From: Basidiobolus meristosporus CBS 931.73
Taxonomy: Eukaryota; Fungi; Basidiobolomycota
Direction: 5' to 3'
Length of the DNA: 64,000 nucleotides
Assembly: GCA_002104905.1 (NCBI GenBank)
Contig: MCFE01000105.1
Coordinates: 62,001-126,000 of the forward strand
The notes beneath the pieces are model-generated. The model made no database searches. It was not told where the DNA came from and saw only the letters and a list, made by a program, of their open reading frames with translations. How positions within the stretch are numbered: the first letter of the stretch is position 1; each line of letters opens with the position of its first letter. Of this stretch, positions 37,197 through 50,013 are shown piece after piece. A program made the translations under genes and the position numbers.

Positions 37197-40100
37197 TCAC
37201 ACCCGAGAGAGTGAGGTATTTAGGCTATCATCGGTATGGTTGGACTCCTCTTTCGATTCTGTCTCGTCCTGTTCGTATGAGTAATCTGAGCCATCCACAC
37301 TACGAGTTTCTCCGCTCAGCGTCATGTAGCAGTCCGTTGATTCCGGAGTGCCAATAAGGTAGGAGATGCCAGACACTGAGGCATCGGCTGGATGTACCAA
37401 GTCATACAAATCCTCTTCTTCACACTCAATACCTAAGTGAAAATATAAGCAAACGTGTCTTGTTGAAAGAGACGACTGCTGTTACCTTGAAGCTCCTTCT
37501 CCATGCTAACAAATTCCTGTGGAACGGAGTCTGCATAAATCATGCTGTTGCGGTTGCTGCGTCCATCTTGGTCCCGTAAATAGCCTCTGGCCTGTGGTTG
37601 CCTTCTAGTGGGAAGGATTCCCTCCTCTGGTGGGGTAGAATTTTCCTCTGTTCTCTTGGGGTCAGCTTGGGAGGTAATAGAAATATGAGGTAGTTGTTCT
37701 TCCGTCGATTTCTCAACCACCTCCTTGCTGCAAACTTCGGGGTCAACCTCCTCCTCGCTTTCAGTGTCCTCGATCTTCTTCGGAGCAGCACAACCCTCAT
37801 CATTCACCCAGAAGATGTACTCGAATTCAGTCATCAACAGATTGAACACACCGGCGGGGATTCCAAGGGTAGGGGAGAATACGATCCCGATGTTGCGTAC
37901 AGTCATCTTGTTGACATCGGAGTGTTGTGCGATACGAATAAGATGCGCGATGAGACAGCGGAGTAGAGTGTAGTTGACGATAGGAAGTGCGGAGATAAGA
38001 CGGCCCAATTCATTTACTCTTTCACGTCGATTCAGTAAATCTAGCCCGAGAGTTAGATGGGTTGGCACTGTATTCCGTACTACAGCAACAAATACCTGTG
38101 ACGTGCAGAAATTCGAGGTGGAGAGTTCTTGTCAGCACGCTTATCGGAAGTTCGCGCAAGTAAAGCTTGAGTAGCCCCGACACTGCGTGGATATCATAAA
38201 ACAGACCGGATCTAAGAATGTCATAATCTCCCTCTACAACGAAACAAAATATTTAGTACATATCCACGACTTGAATGTGTAGTAATAAACATTCACCGGA
38301 GTTGAATTTGTCCTTCAAACCCTTAACAGTAGATGTGCTTCCAGACAATCGATATATACCCTCCTCTTTGTGGGCTACCGCAAATGATTAAAGGTAAATC
38401 TGGTTTGCGACACAGACAAAGTTGGGAATACCTTCTTTAGCGTCTAGATACTCGATACACCTATACACCACAGCTGGTAATTCGTAGCCGTCCTTTACTT
38501 TCGAGATTTCCACTGCCTTCTCCAACGGGGATCCGAATATTTGTACCAACGGAGTTCGCGGCTTGGGGTCTTGAAAAAGCGAATAATCAGAATTAGCAAA
38601 GCTTCAATGGAGATTTGTCAAGGGACTGATCCACCTGCGCTGGTGAATATCTTCTTCCCCCAACCAAAGGGGGTTTTCTTTCTTGACGGGGAGTTTTCCT
38701 TTTCTTTGGTTTGCTTGGCACCTATCAGGCTGCTTCCAAATGGTTTTTTGGGCGACGCTGGTAAAGAATCTGCCACAGCGCCCTCTGTACTACTTTGCAG
38801 TACCGGTACTGGAGGAGGGGGCGATGAAGATCTTAGCAACCGTTCCTTGAATGAGGAGCTTTTGCGGTGGATTGATTTTGATGTAATGGGGGATTCCTTC
38901 TCATAGCCACCAACACTGGCAGATAAAATATGCCCTCGATTTTTGGTTTCGGAAGAGGAGGAATGCTCATTGGATCTTGTGGGGCTCAGCGGCTGAATGG
39001 GGGAATTTGCTCGTTGCGCCGGGGAAGCTAAGCTGACTTTAGGAGTATCGCTACGAATTAGCTTCCTCAGCTTTCCTCCTTTCTTTGCGGGTTTGCTGGT
39101 GTCACTTTCTGTCTCGGAAGCAGCGCTGTGGGTGTACATATTGAGTGCTATCACCCATTCATCACGTTCAGTATCACTATCTGCGCACAGGATATGCCGA
39201 TTCATTCCCGACCCATTCTTTTTTGGCTCTACGATCATGAATGCGTGGCGATACGGCGTATCGCTTATTCCCAAACTGGCTGGTTGTCTAGATACTTGGC
39301 ACTGAGAAATCGATATGGAGCCGAGATACGAGCTGTCCTTCTTCAGAAGAGAAAAAAGGCGGCATTAGTGGTGGAGAAGGGAGGCGGATCTAGTCCCAAT
39401 CGGCACTTACTGCCTCATAGTACTGCAGGGTCGGGCTCTTGAGAACGAAATAGCGGCGCTTCCAGCCACCGAAATTCTTTCCACGCTTGGTCAGATACCC
39501 CTCCTTGATCCCCAAAATCTAAGGTACGTGTAAGTGATGCGGATACCAGATCCAGTTCCAGACCCAGGCGCATACCTTCTCATTATCATTGACTTTTTTA
39601 GCGACATTGGTCGAGAGAAACTCACAGATGTCCGCGTTCTGAGAGAAATTCAAGGAGATCAAATGCTGAAGGTATTTCTGAAGTGCCAGCTGAATCAAGT
39701 AGAAAGAGTTCAGTACTCGGTAAGGGCACGGTGCGCCATATGGTTCGGTGGTTACCTTGCGTTGGTCCACTTTGGAGGGTGCATGAGTAAAGAACAGGCT
39801 ACGATCCGGAAGCTTGCCGATGCGTAAGACAATGTTTCGGGGCTGTGTGCGTTTGAGCTAAGGCCATTCAACAAACAGTAAGGAGCCATGTCATACTACA
39901 AAGCCATCGTATAACCAACCTGGGCATCCAGAGCCAGGAAGTCGGAATAGTATTTTTCCACTGTCCAAAGCTCGTGGAACCTTGTCATGCCATTCCTTCT
40001 TCCAACCCCTATCAAAAATACCAGAACCTCCTTTCCGCTCGCATTGATTTTGATCGTAGACCCAGCAACCCGAATGTCGACGCCAATTAGAGAAGTAAGC

Positions 40101-41443
40101 TTACAGCCTTGGTTGGTTGGTGAGCCATGAGAGCGTGGGCTTATGTTTGGAGAGTTCAGTACAGGTGTGGTGACTACACGAGAAGGCCTAACAGGTGTGG
40201 ATAGCTTCGCATCAGGTGCAGGTTCGGGTTTGTTTGAAGGGAGCTTGGGATCTGGTGTAGTGCATCGTGGGATATCACCTTCTTTATTGTGTGTAGGGAG
40301 CTCTGGTGATTGTGGGCCAGAGCCTTCATGTTGCTCAGTTGAGGTTGCCATTTCGTGTATTAAGAGTTGGGCGGCCTCTTCACAACTCTCTTCTTCGTTA
40401 GAAAGTGGGATTGGATTAGCATGTTCGATCAACAGGGACCCAGTTTTACTTCGCAGCGTTTCAGGCTCTTCACTTGGCTCATCAATTTCCTCAGAGAGGG
40501 AGACTTGTCGCAAACATTTTGATCCAAAATCGTCTAGCGTCAGCCTTAAGGCTCCGTTAATCGGATATGGCTTTGGAGGCCTAGCAGGTATTCCACTTTC
40601 ATAAGTGACTTCTTCAATTTCCTCCAAGTGAGCTTCTTCATCATTGTCAGGTCTCAAGACAGGGGGCGGGAAAAGCGGAGATATTGGGACAGTAATCTTG
40701 TTTCCCACCGGAATCTCTTCGGAATCATCATTTTCTAAAGAAAGGGGAGATGGCGGACAGTTTGCTCTGGGGGGCCGAGAGAAGTTTAGGTGGGATCCCG
40801 ATGTTTCCTTCATTACTGGAGGAAAGTCATCTGCGGTGCTAATTTTATTTAGAGGTAAAGGTGAGGTTAACGATCGACGGATTCGGGCTGATGGGATTGA
40901 AGAATTGGCTATCTTATCCAAGGTTGAGTCGGTGCCAAGAGAAATGGCGCGAGAGTGTGCTGGAAGAGAATGCCTCTCGTCTGTGTACAGGATAGAGTCA
41001 GCGAAATTTGGCATGGTACCAGCACAACTTGATTGCGACATTTTTGATAGCTCGATTTGGAAGAGAAGTTTATCGGTATGAGACTCAAGGGAAGTGGGCG
41101 AAAGTGGTTCCAGTGGACAATCCTCCGTTTTTGCCTGGCATCGACCAGTCGGAGGGTTTGAGCACGTGTCCAAATCTTCTACCGAAGGCTTATCCAACGT
41201 TCTTTGACGTAGTAAGGATGAGTGCTTGGCAGATACTTTCTGAAGCTGTTGAATGATGGTGCGTTGCTTCTCCACTATTTTCCACAGCTGGTTGTTTTGA
41301 AGCCGTAAAGCATCACGCTCTGCAATCACTTGGTTTAAGAGAGCGTCGGAAGCGAAAGGAGTTGGCATTGCGTTGAGTCCGCTAGAGTCGGGTGGCTTTA
41401 AAACAGTTTTGCAGTTCCCTGGTGTTTGCGAGGACATCTTCAA
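37197..41443 (-). CDS. BEM3: PX-PH-RhoGAP protein, Bem3-like architecture, multi-exon
   Basis: Long disordered N-terminal exon; PX (TVEKYYSDFLALD..KLPDRSLF); PH (KEGYLTKRGKNFGGWKRRYFVL; CADSDTERDEWV); RhoGAP (LPIVNYTLLRCLIAHL..NKMTVRNIGIVFSPTL). Orthology inferred from domain order only. Confidence 0.88.
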
Positions 41444-41856
41444 ACGGTTAGTTACTCACTGTGAGAAGCAACGATACAAAAAAAGGATGCTAGAGTTCAG
41501 AAATATAAGGGGTAGTATATGCTGTCACACTAGGGCAACAATAATTCAAACCTACAGACAAAGAGAAAGAGCAGCATTCTTGAAATCTAATCTGGGCCCC
41601 CTAACTAGCATGAACTTTCCGAAATATATTGATTGAATTAATGTAGAGAATAACCGGCATCTGGTACTGTTTAAGGGGATTCCAAGGAGTGGATTCCCCA
41701 GCTTACCCGTATCGTGGCTATTTACTTCTCGACTTTGAAGCACAAATTTAACTCATTCGATCAAAACATAATTCAGGAGATCTATATATGGGAATGTTTA
41801 ATTAATCACTTCCGGTTTAAAGATTCTCTGTAACCAACATAAGGAGTGGTGTTTGT

Positions 41857-41887
41857 ACATCCACACATCCACACATCCACACATCCA
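41857..41887. repeat. (ACATCCAC)n short tandem repeat upstream of the RhoGAP gene
   Basis: About four units read directly. Confidence 0.8.
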
Positions 41888-42355
41888 AATCAAAACTAGG
41901 CCAAATAGAGTAATTTTGTTAATTCACTTCAGAACAGCGAGTGAAGGATTGGTCTCTCAGCGGTTGCAATCATACAGTCATACCTTGCGGCATTGGATGA
42001 AACGGATATATCAAACACTGGTAAATATCGAACCTTTGCAACATATTTCTCAAACTTCGTTACACTCAAACGCATTACAGGTGCCAAATCGTCTCGAGTT
42101 CTGAAGAGCTAGTAATACTGCGTCGGGTGGTGGTTCTCTTTGAAATCGATATTCTCGTCAGCGTTTCCAAGTTTTGTTACAAACACTGCCGAGCTTCAAA
42201 CTGAACCGTCCCTCCTTGCTTCACCCATGCTATTTAAGCACCTTAACCCAGTACACTCAACCATCAAAGCAAAGGTTTAGGGATTCTTCGCATTTGTATC
42301 AGCTTTATATCCACAAGCACTCTTCTTACTCCTAATTTTGTGACTAATTACCAAC

Positions 42356-42652
42356 ATGAGATACGCTGTTGATAACTCCCTTTACTCCGCTGTTGCCTCC
42401 TCCACTAGAGTGTTTTACCGCAATAGCGACCGCGAGCAATCCCCACAATCCTCTGCTTCATCACCCAATAGATCACCCTTTGATAGGCTAGAACGTCCTT
42501 GTCTTCAGCGCAGCTCCACCATTGCCACCAGCACTCCTTCGGGCCATCGAGCTGAAGACTCCTTTATGTTATTCAATTACCCAATTCCCTTGAGGCCTCG
42601 CCAGGTCCGCAGGGCGGCCACCTTTCCTGGCGTTTCTAGAGTCCAACTATAA
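42356..42652 (+). CDS. Small Ser/Arg/Pro-rich hypothetical protein, 98 aa
   Basis: Intronless ATG-initiated ORF in an otherwise empty intergenic gap; good start context (CCAACATG); no family recognised. Confidence 0.4.
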   Translation: MRYAVDNSLYSAVASSTRVFYRNSDREQSPQSSASSPNRSPFDRLERPCLQRSSTIATSTPSGHRAEDSFMLFNYPIPLRPRQVRRAATFPGVSRVQL

Positions 42653-42907
42653 ATCCCAACCTCCTGGCTTCGAGGTAGCATATTTCACTGGTTGAATGAG
42701 CACTACCGCATAAAAAAAATCATCGCCCATTTACAGTAGACATTCGATGATGTTCCGCACGCATCGAGCAAAAATTCATATGACGACTGAGGAAACCATT
42801 CATATACATCCTAACGGTATTTCGCAATACACATCGCATGGGTTACACTGCGGATATATCTAAATAAAAACCCTCCCAATTGTCCATAACTTTCATTGGA
42901 AGCAGAT

Positions 42908-43767
42908 TTATTGTGCCATGGCTCTGACCTTGGCAGCTAGAAGCTCAGTGACTTGGTAGAGATCCTCAGCAGTCAAAGAGCTTTGAACAAACGAGGGGCG
43001 TTGTTGAATGCTGGAGGCCCAGTCGCTGTAACGCTCCAATTCAGCGGTTTGTGGAATCTCGAAGTTGGCAAACCGCGAGATAGGTCTTAATCTACTGACG
43101 AATGGTGAGAGGGCAATCTCTACCAATGAATACTGCTCGCCAAAGAAATACGGGCCGGAGGGTTGGGCGGATAGAAGTTGGTTGAACTGCTCCGTAACGA
43201 ACATGAATAAGCCTGGAAGCACGAAAGGTAATAGAAAGCTTTACGTACCTTTTTGAGTCCTCCAAACAATTCCTCCTTCAGACGATCGGTTTCGTCTTGT
43301 TGGTTGCTTTTCAACAGACGGTATGTTAATGGGTTAATCTTCGAGCCCCAGAAATCAATGGCGTAGCGCGCTTGGGCGCGTAGAAGTGGGTCTTTGGGTA
43401 AATATCTGAAGTAAATTAGCGCCTGCATTAGCTGGAAACATCCTTTCAATACTTACTCTTTTTCACTAAGGTCAGTAATAAACTCAGCAATGATTAACGA
43501 CTCATAAATAAGCTCCTCGCCGAATGCGAGGGTAGGAACCTTTCCCTCCGGGTTGATGTCGAAATACCAGGCTGGCTTGTCAGGTAAAGGGATCTCTACA
43601 AGCTTATGCTCAATCTCAGTTTCGTAGAGCGCTATAAGAGCCCTTTGGGCGTAAGGGCATCCTTTGTTACTGTAGACAGTTATAGGTTTTTCTGGACAAG
43701 AGTGACAGGTTAGTGTCTAGAAACAGCTAGGACTTCACAAAGCGCAACGCATACCGGTGGTGACCAT
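42908..43767 (-). CDS. Glutathione S-transferase, omega-like (CPYAQR active site), multi-exon
   Basis: Spliced MVTT|EKPITVYSNKGCPYAQRAL, KPAWYFDINPEGKVPTL, ESLIIAEF; C-domain GPYFFGEQYSLVEIALSPFV. Confidence 0.9.
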
Positions 43768-43963
43768 CGTATGAATATGCACAGAAGCAACTCAAAATGC
43801 AAAACTTCTTGGTGGTTGAATGCCCAAAATGATTGAGCTGGCATATTTCGAAGCATAATCTAGCAACAATCATGCTGAATGATAGAAATACATGTTTATT
43901 GGATCGAGATTCGCGTAAATTGGCCCAATGGTCATCTCCCAAAATATTATAGCAAGGTGCATT

Positions 43964-45267
43964 TTAACCCGTTTTCTGCTTCATTGCTGCTGTACAGACT
44001 GGACAATACCAGGAGCCTTTGGGTGGGTTGGTTAACCCCACACATTCATAATGGAACCATTCGTGAGGGCAATTCTAGAGAATAGTGGATTAGCTGGGGC
44101 ACCAACAGTGCATACTAGTGTATCTATACTCTACCTCATTGTCACAGCCAATCATCTGACCATAGGATATCTTCAATGTGGTATTAGAAAAGCTGGTATT
44201 CGCATCGGCATTTGATACCTCCAACTAACCTGTCGACATATACAATAGAGCGGCTCATCCTCCTCCATGGCCGTCGTTTCAGGCTCTGGGGCAGGTCTGG
44301 CCTTAACCTCCACCTTAGTGGTCTCTTCAGCGGGTTGGCGAACCTCAGGCACTTGTCTGTACAAACAAATGTGTGAACCCAGAGTGCGATCACATCCACA
44401 GACTCGTAAGTAGACGCTTACTTTTTCCATTTAGGGGTTACAGGACGATGGCGAGGAGAGCTGGAGGTAGAGATAATTGAATTCGTACGGGACGCTCTGC
44501 GTTCTAAATATAATTAATATTTCCGTCCATTCTTCCGCTCGAACGAAAAACATACTATGTGTTTTATGGGCCGTCGGACTTGGTGCTGAAGGAAAGAATT
44601 TAGCGAAGGGATACGATGTTCAAGATAATATCACCCGTATTTACCGTAATCGTCATCGGTTTGCACTATCGGCGGTTTGGGCTTGCCGCGAGCTAGTAGT
44701 CGAGGAGTATTATTAACCTCAACTGGCTGATGCAGATCCATCTCCAACCGACGTATATGTCTGTTTATCTTTTAAAAAAAATTAGCCATTAGACGACCGA
44801 TCCAAGCTTGCCCCAAGCACTCACCAACTCTAGCGCCCTTTCAGCCAGATGGATTTTCTCATCGGCAATCTCTTGAGCCTTCGTAAAGTCTCTCTGAATC
44901 TTATTGATCAAAGGCTTCTCCTGTGGATTAGGAACTTGATAGCCATGCGTTTTGATGAACGACTGGACCGAACGATCCCGTGATTGGATGTGTCGACGAA
45001 GATCTATTTCAAGTTGAAGAAGTTTAGATCAACGGCGAAACGCGATACAAGTATTGTCCCTTGGAACCTTGATACTGTGAGTCTTTTTTTTCCAGCTCGG
45101 TCATGAGGTGTTGTACCTCAGATGGCAAGTTATCAAGGCCTTGAAATATGAAAAAGTATTTAGTTGGCAAAAAAGCGACCTTTATTGCTTAAGACAGTTG
45201 AGTTTAGCTCAGTATTGAGAAACATACTTGAAACGAATTCCTGTAGATACACTCCTGCATCTTCCAT
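43964..45267 (-). CDS. YNG2: ING-family PHD protein (Yng2-like), multi-exon
   Basis: [13 protein letters not shown]|[25 protein letters not shown]|[12 protein letters not shown]; [12 protein letters not shown]|[12 protein letters not shown]|[27 protein letters not shown]. Confidence 0.88.
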
Positions 45268-45609
45268 CTTTATGAGTAATCAAAGAAAAAGCCTCGTGTT
45301 TGTATGAAAAAAAGCTAGAACGGTGGACGACTATTTTGCTTTAAGCAGGATAGCTATTCACTTTGATTAAAACTACTCAATCAAGAATATGACCCAACGG
45401 TCAGACACGTGATCAGGAAAGACAACTTTTGTGATACGCATTCCTATTACGGCCATGATTGCCATACAGCAGGGTTATCCAGAACTTTGGGTGCTACCTA
45501 ACCTGTTGGGGATAAAATATTCAGTTTCGCTATCAGCTGATACCCAGATGGTTGGAATCGTTTATATTATTCGATGGCTTCACAAAATATGTAGGGGATT
45601 TATATATAG

Positions 45610-45646
45610 GTGGCTATATGAGTGGCTATATGAGTGGCTATTCGAG
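45610..45646. repeat. 12-bp tandem repeat (GTGGCTATATGA x3) between the symporter and YNG2
   Basis: Read directly; third unit degenerate. Confidence 0.7.
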
Positions 45647-45691
45647 GTAGTTTACAAGGTTACAGACCTCCCAAAAAGATGTTGATGTAAT

Positions 45692-47038
45692 CTAGTGGGA
45701 CTTGACTTCGTAACTGGTTTCAATGTGATTCTCTTCATCTTTGTCCTGATATGAGACCTCGTCCTTTCTGAATTCGCCTTCCCACCTCGCCATTACAGCG
45801 GTTGCGAGACAATTTCCTACGAGGTTTACGGTGGTACGCCCCATATCCATGATGGCATCAACGCCCAGGATTACCGCCACTGCTTCGTAGGGTAGATTGA
45901 ACGACTTCAACGCACCAGAGAGAATCACCAGAGAGGCTCTAGGAACAGCGGCAACACCTTTGGATGTCAACATCAAGGTCAACATCATCAGGAGTTGTTG
46001 GGCTATAGGCATGCTAATCCCGCCAGCTTGGGCTGCAAAGACAGAGGCCATGGCTAGATAGAGAGTGGACCCATCAAGATTAAAGGAGTATCCTGTGGGC
46101 ATGACAAAGGCCACGATCTTCTTTGACACGCCGTAGGCCTCCATGTTCTTCATCGCCCTGGGGAGAGCAGCCTCGGAAGAGGCAGTTGAGAAGGCAATTA
46201 GTGAAGGTTGGCCGATTGCCTTCAGGAAGCCACGAATTGGTAAGCGGCAGAGGAGAACGATTGGCACAAACACGATGAGAACGAAGATGATTAAAGCCAG
46301 ATACAAGGATCCAACCAACTTTCCAAGATTGACAAGGACAGAGATACCACTGTTGCCAACGGTGTATGCCATAGAGGCACCGATACCGATGGGAGCAAAA
46401 TTCATCACCAAACCAGTCACGGCAAACATGATATCAGACAAGCTCTGAAGCCATTTAAGCATAATGACTCTGGATTCCTCCGAAGTGGCCTTGACCATAC
46501 CGAGAGAAAACATGATGGAGCAGAACACAACCTGCAAAACCTCATTTTTGACAGCCGACTCGAAGAAACTGGCAGTGATGATGTGATCCAAAACCCCTTG
46601 GACGGTGATGGATGTATTGGCCAACTTTTCAGCCTCCGCTACCGACGCTCCTTGAAGGTTGACACCTCTGCCGGGATGCAGCACGTTGACAGTAATGAGC
46701 CCAATCGCCAAGGCAATTGTGGTCACCACCTCGAAGTAGATGATCGACTTGAGCGCCAGTTTACCGATTTTCGCCAGATCGTCACCGTGGCCGGCGATAC
46801 CAACGGACAAGGTAGCAAAAATCAGAGGCACAATCAGGCACTTGATCATGGTGATGAAGATGTTAGCGACAGGCTTGAGCTCTTTCGAGAATGACGGAGC
46901 AAGCCACCCAAGTAGGATGCCAACAAACATAGCGATAAAAATCCAGGCAGTCATGTTGATCCGGCGAATCAATCTCCACGCAAGAACCAACGGGTTTCTG
47001 GTAGGTGGGCGAGCAGGAGCTTCGGGATTCGTGGCCAT
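45692..47038 (-). CDS. Dicarboxylate/amino acid:cation symporter (SDF/SLC1 family), bacterial GltP-like, 448 aa, intronless
   Basis: FITMIKCLIVPLIF, AFSTASSEAALP, VMPTGYSFNLDGST, KGVAAVPRAS, GVDAIMDMGRTTVN motifs; ATG at 47038. Confidence 0.95.
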   Translation of the reverse strand: MATNPEAPARPPTRNPLVLAWRLIRRINMTAWIFIAMFVGILLGWLAPSFSKELKPVANIFITMIKCLIVPLIFATLSVGIAGHGDDLAKIGKLALKSIIYFEVVTTIALAIGLITVNVLHPGRGVNLQGASVAEAEKLANTSITVQGVLDHIITASFFESAVKNEVLQVVFCSIMFSLGMVKATSEESRVIMLKWLQSLSDIMFAVTGLVMNFAPIGIGASMAYTVGNSGISVLVNLGKLVGSLYLALIIFVLIVFVPIVLLCRLPIRGFLKAIGQPSLIAFSTASSEAALPRAMKNMEAYGVSKKIVAFVMPTGYSFNLDGSTLYLAMASVFAAQAGGISMPIAQQLLMMLTLMLTSKGVAAVPRASLVILSGALKSFNLPYEAVAVILGVDAIMDMGRTTVNLVGNCLATAVMARWEGEFRKDEVSYQDKDEENHIETSYEVKSH

Positions 47039-47878
47039 GTTTGAGAAGGCTTTACAGTAATTCAAAACGAATTAAGGCCTCCTCGTGTGCGGTGGATGGG
47101 GTTTTATACGCAATCCGAGCGAGTACCCGCTGCCTTTCGTAAGTCAGAGGCTTTCTACGGCGTACCAATTAAAACACCCACCTCCATCGACCTGCCCAAT
47201 GACGAACCCCCCACAACCGGTTATCTCTGTCGTTCGAAATATAAGGATCCTATATTCCTACGTCTTGGATGTCGTATAGGACGAACAGGTGAGCTACAAG
47301 ATGGTTACCTTTTATGTAAACAATTACTATTCTGGTGTGGTTGATGTACGCGGTCAAGAGGTACAATTCGGTTGGCATTACAATACAGGTTAGAGGGTAA
47401 AACAAGGTTTCCATTGCAAGGATTCCATTCGAATCAATGAACTCTAACCTCACATAAGGGTACTTGACCCGGGGTTTCTTGTAGCATAGTTACTCGGTCT
47501 GGCATTAGGTGAGTTGATTTGTCGGAAGCTAGAGTTCGATGGAGCTTAAACGTGCATCTTGCCTAGCGATTGGTTGTGTGATCGGCTAAGGTTTAGAGCA
47601 CATGGTACTTTTACTTGTGCCTTTGTGAATGATTCACACGATTCAATCTGCTTTGCCAAATGCGAATCATGAGCCTGGGTAAAGGAGGGGATTCTGGTTC
47701 ATGGGAATATCCCTCTGATGGGAATATTTCGCATGAAACGATTAATCATTATGCGTGTATGTGATCGAAACAAGTGTTGTATGATTGCGATCGAAACGCG
47801 GACTTTACTTAAAATTATGTATGCATGATCAGGCAGGTAGAAGTGATAAGTGGTGAACTAAATTAGCAACGATATGAG

Positions 47879-47920
47879 GGTTATGGTTATGGTTATGGCT
47901 ATGGTTTTGGTTTTGGTTAG
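47879..47920. repeat. (GGTTAT/GGTTTT)n microsatellite downstream of the G-alpha gene
   Basis: Read directly. Confidence 0.8.
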
Positions 47921-48055
47921 AACTAGGTCAAAACTAAGGTGAGATAGAGTGGATGTGCAAATGAGTGGATAGATATAAAATAGGCGCACCGCCACCCACT
48001 CGCTTCTCTCAATCTATAGGAGCGCACCATCCAGACGAAAAATACTGTGTGCTTT

Positions 48056-49345
48056 CTACAAAAGACCAAGGTCCCGGAGATTGGTCTGGATAATGCTGTC
48101 GTTTACTGCAGCCATGACAAACTTGATTTGCTGAGTATCCGTTGCACAGGTGAAGTGTGTATACACTTGTTTGCTGTCGGAGTGGTTGAGAGCAACAAAT
48201 CGATGCTCGATGTACTTGCAAGCCAGATCGTAGTCCTCACCCCCTGTAATGTCACTCGGTAAGTTGGGAATGGCTAAACCGAGTGGATTGAGTAACGTAC
48301 CTGTGTAATCAGGGAAATATTGCTGCATTGGTGATCGCAGAATTTTCTCTTTGAAGAGATCGATTTTGTTTAAAAATAAGATAATCGACGTCTTGACAAA
48401 CCAACGAGAATTGCAAATCGAGTCAAATAAAGTCAATGCCTCTTGCATCCGATTCTGAAAAGACCGAGTTAGATTCAAGGGACGAAAAAGGCCACAGGAT
48501 GGCTGCATACCACTGTCTCGTCCTCAATCAATGTCTGGTCATACTCGCTTATGGCCACCATAAACACTATGACTGTGACGTTCTCAAAGCAGTGGATCCA
48601 CTTCTTTCTCTCTGAGCGTTGCCCACCAACATCCAGCATACGGTAGGTTAAATCGCCGACGTGGAAAATTGTCTCGGTAATTCCGGTTGTTTTGACGCGA
48701 GACCGTAAGACATCCTGATCAGTTGGGATGTAATCCGGAGACGCTATGCGTTCTATCGAGTCAAAATAGCTAAAAATTGAATCCGGGGTTTAATACTCGG
48801 ACGACGCATAACAGCGGCGAGCGTGCTTACTATTTGGCCGAATCGTTGAGCTGATATTCTCTCGAGCGAGTAAAGCATTCCTGCACTCCCTGATCAGCCC
48901 ATAACGCTTTTACTGCGGTGGCGACCTCGCTTGACAGAGAATCGCACTCCATCTGGGAGGGAAGGTCCATAATGGCATCAACATGGATCGCGTTTTTCTG
49001 GTCTGCGAGACTTAACTTCATGCTCACCATGGCTTCGAGTATCACCCGTAAGGATTGTACAGTGTTTGAGAAAATGATCTCTTTGAAAGATTCACGCTCG
49101 TCTACACTGTAGCCTCCTTCGTGAATCAGTTTCATTTGCTTTAACACGGTACTTTTACCAGATTCACCAGCACCTGTTGTGAGAATTTAATAAATAGCGC
49201 ACGGGCTTAGGCTTGAGCGAAACTTACCGAGTAAAAGCATTTTAATCTCGTTGCGTTGGGACAATTTGTCCTTCTTTATCTGACTATCTATTTCGTTGTT
49301 TTTGCGGCGTCCATCAAGATCTTCCTGGCTAATGCAGCAGCCCAT
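48056..49345 (-). CDS. Heterotrimeric G-protein alpha subunit, fungal group I (Gi-like), multi-exon
   Basis: MGCCIS lipidation start; [43 protein letters not shown] boxes; ends TNLRDLGLL. Confidence 0.96.
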
Positions 49346-50013
49346 GATTGTGTACTATTGTGTGGTGGTATTATGTCGTGAAATCAGAAATATTCGAAAA
49401 AAAAAGCACTTCTAGGCTTCACTTGTCAACAAGAAGTTTCGAACAGCTTATTCTTTTGTCTATACCAAGTAAACAGAGCGAAACAAAGAGATTTTATACA
49501 ACAGCGTTGGGAATAGAAATGATGTAGGTCAAGGAAACTTCTCAGTGAATTTAAGAGTTTAGTTGGATTTAAGTATCACTCAAGAACCATCTGGGTTCCA
49601 AGAATGAAAGATTTCGGATTATATTGATTTCTAATAACGCCAAAATACATCAATTCTTTTGTACTGATATAATTGAATTGGTGAGAGAGAGGGCCTACCA
49701 AAAGAGCCCCGTTTCCCACCTCTCTCCACGTGATTCGATGGGGGAATTAAAACGAAGGCCAAATTGGGAATACTGAAAGAAGATTAATGTATATGTGCAC
49801 CATTCATTTTTCCGGATGCGATCTCACCACAAAGACTGACCTGATGAAATACCAGGAACGAGGATGAAATCTACCAGGTGGAAGTCGGGGGTTTTTCAGT
49901 TATTCCGCCGGAATCAAGCACTGTTACAGCATCTGCTACAATTCATTGTATCATGATGACTATAAAGCACCGTACACGCGCTAGCTGACTTTTGCCTCCA
50001 ATACTCAACCGCG

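Noticed and set aside
47879-47920. Telomere-like GGTTAG
   Set aside because: A single unit at the end of a GGTTAT/GGTTTT microsatellite in a 3' flank; no array.
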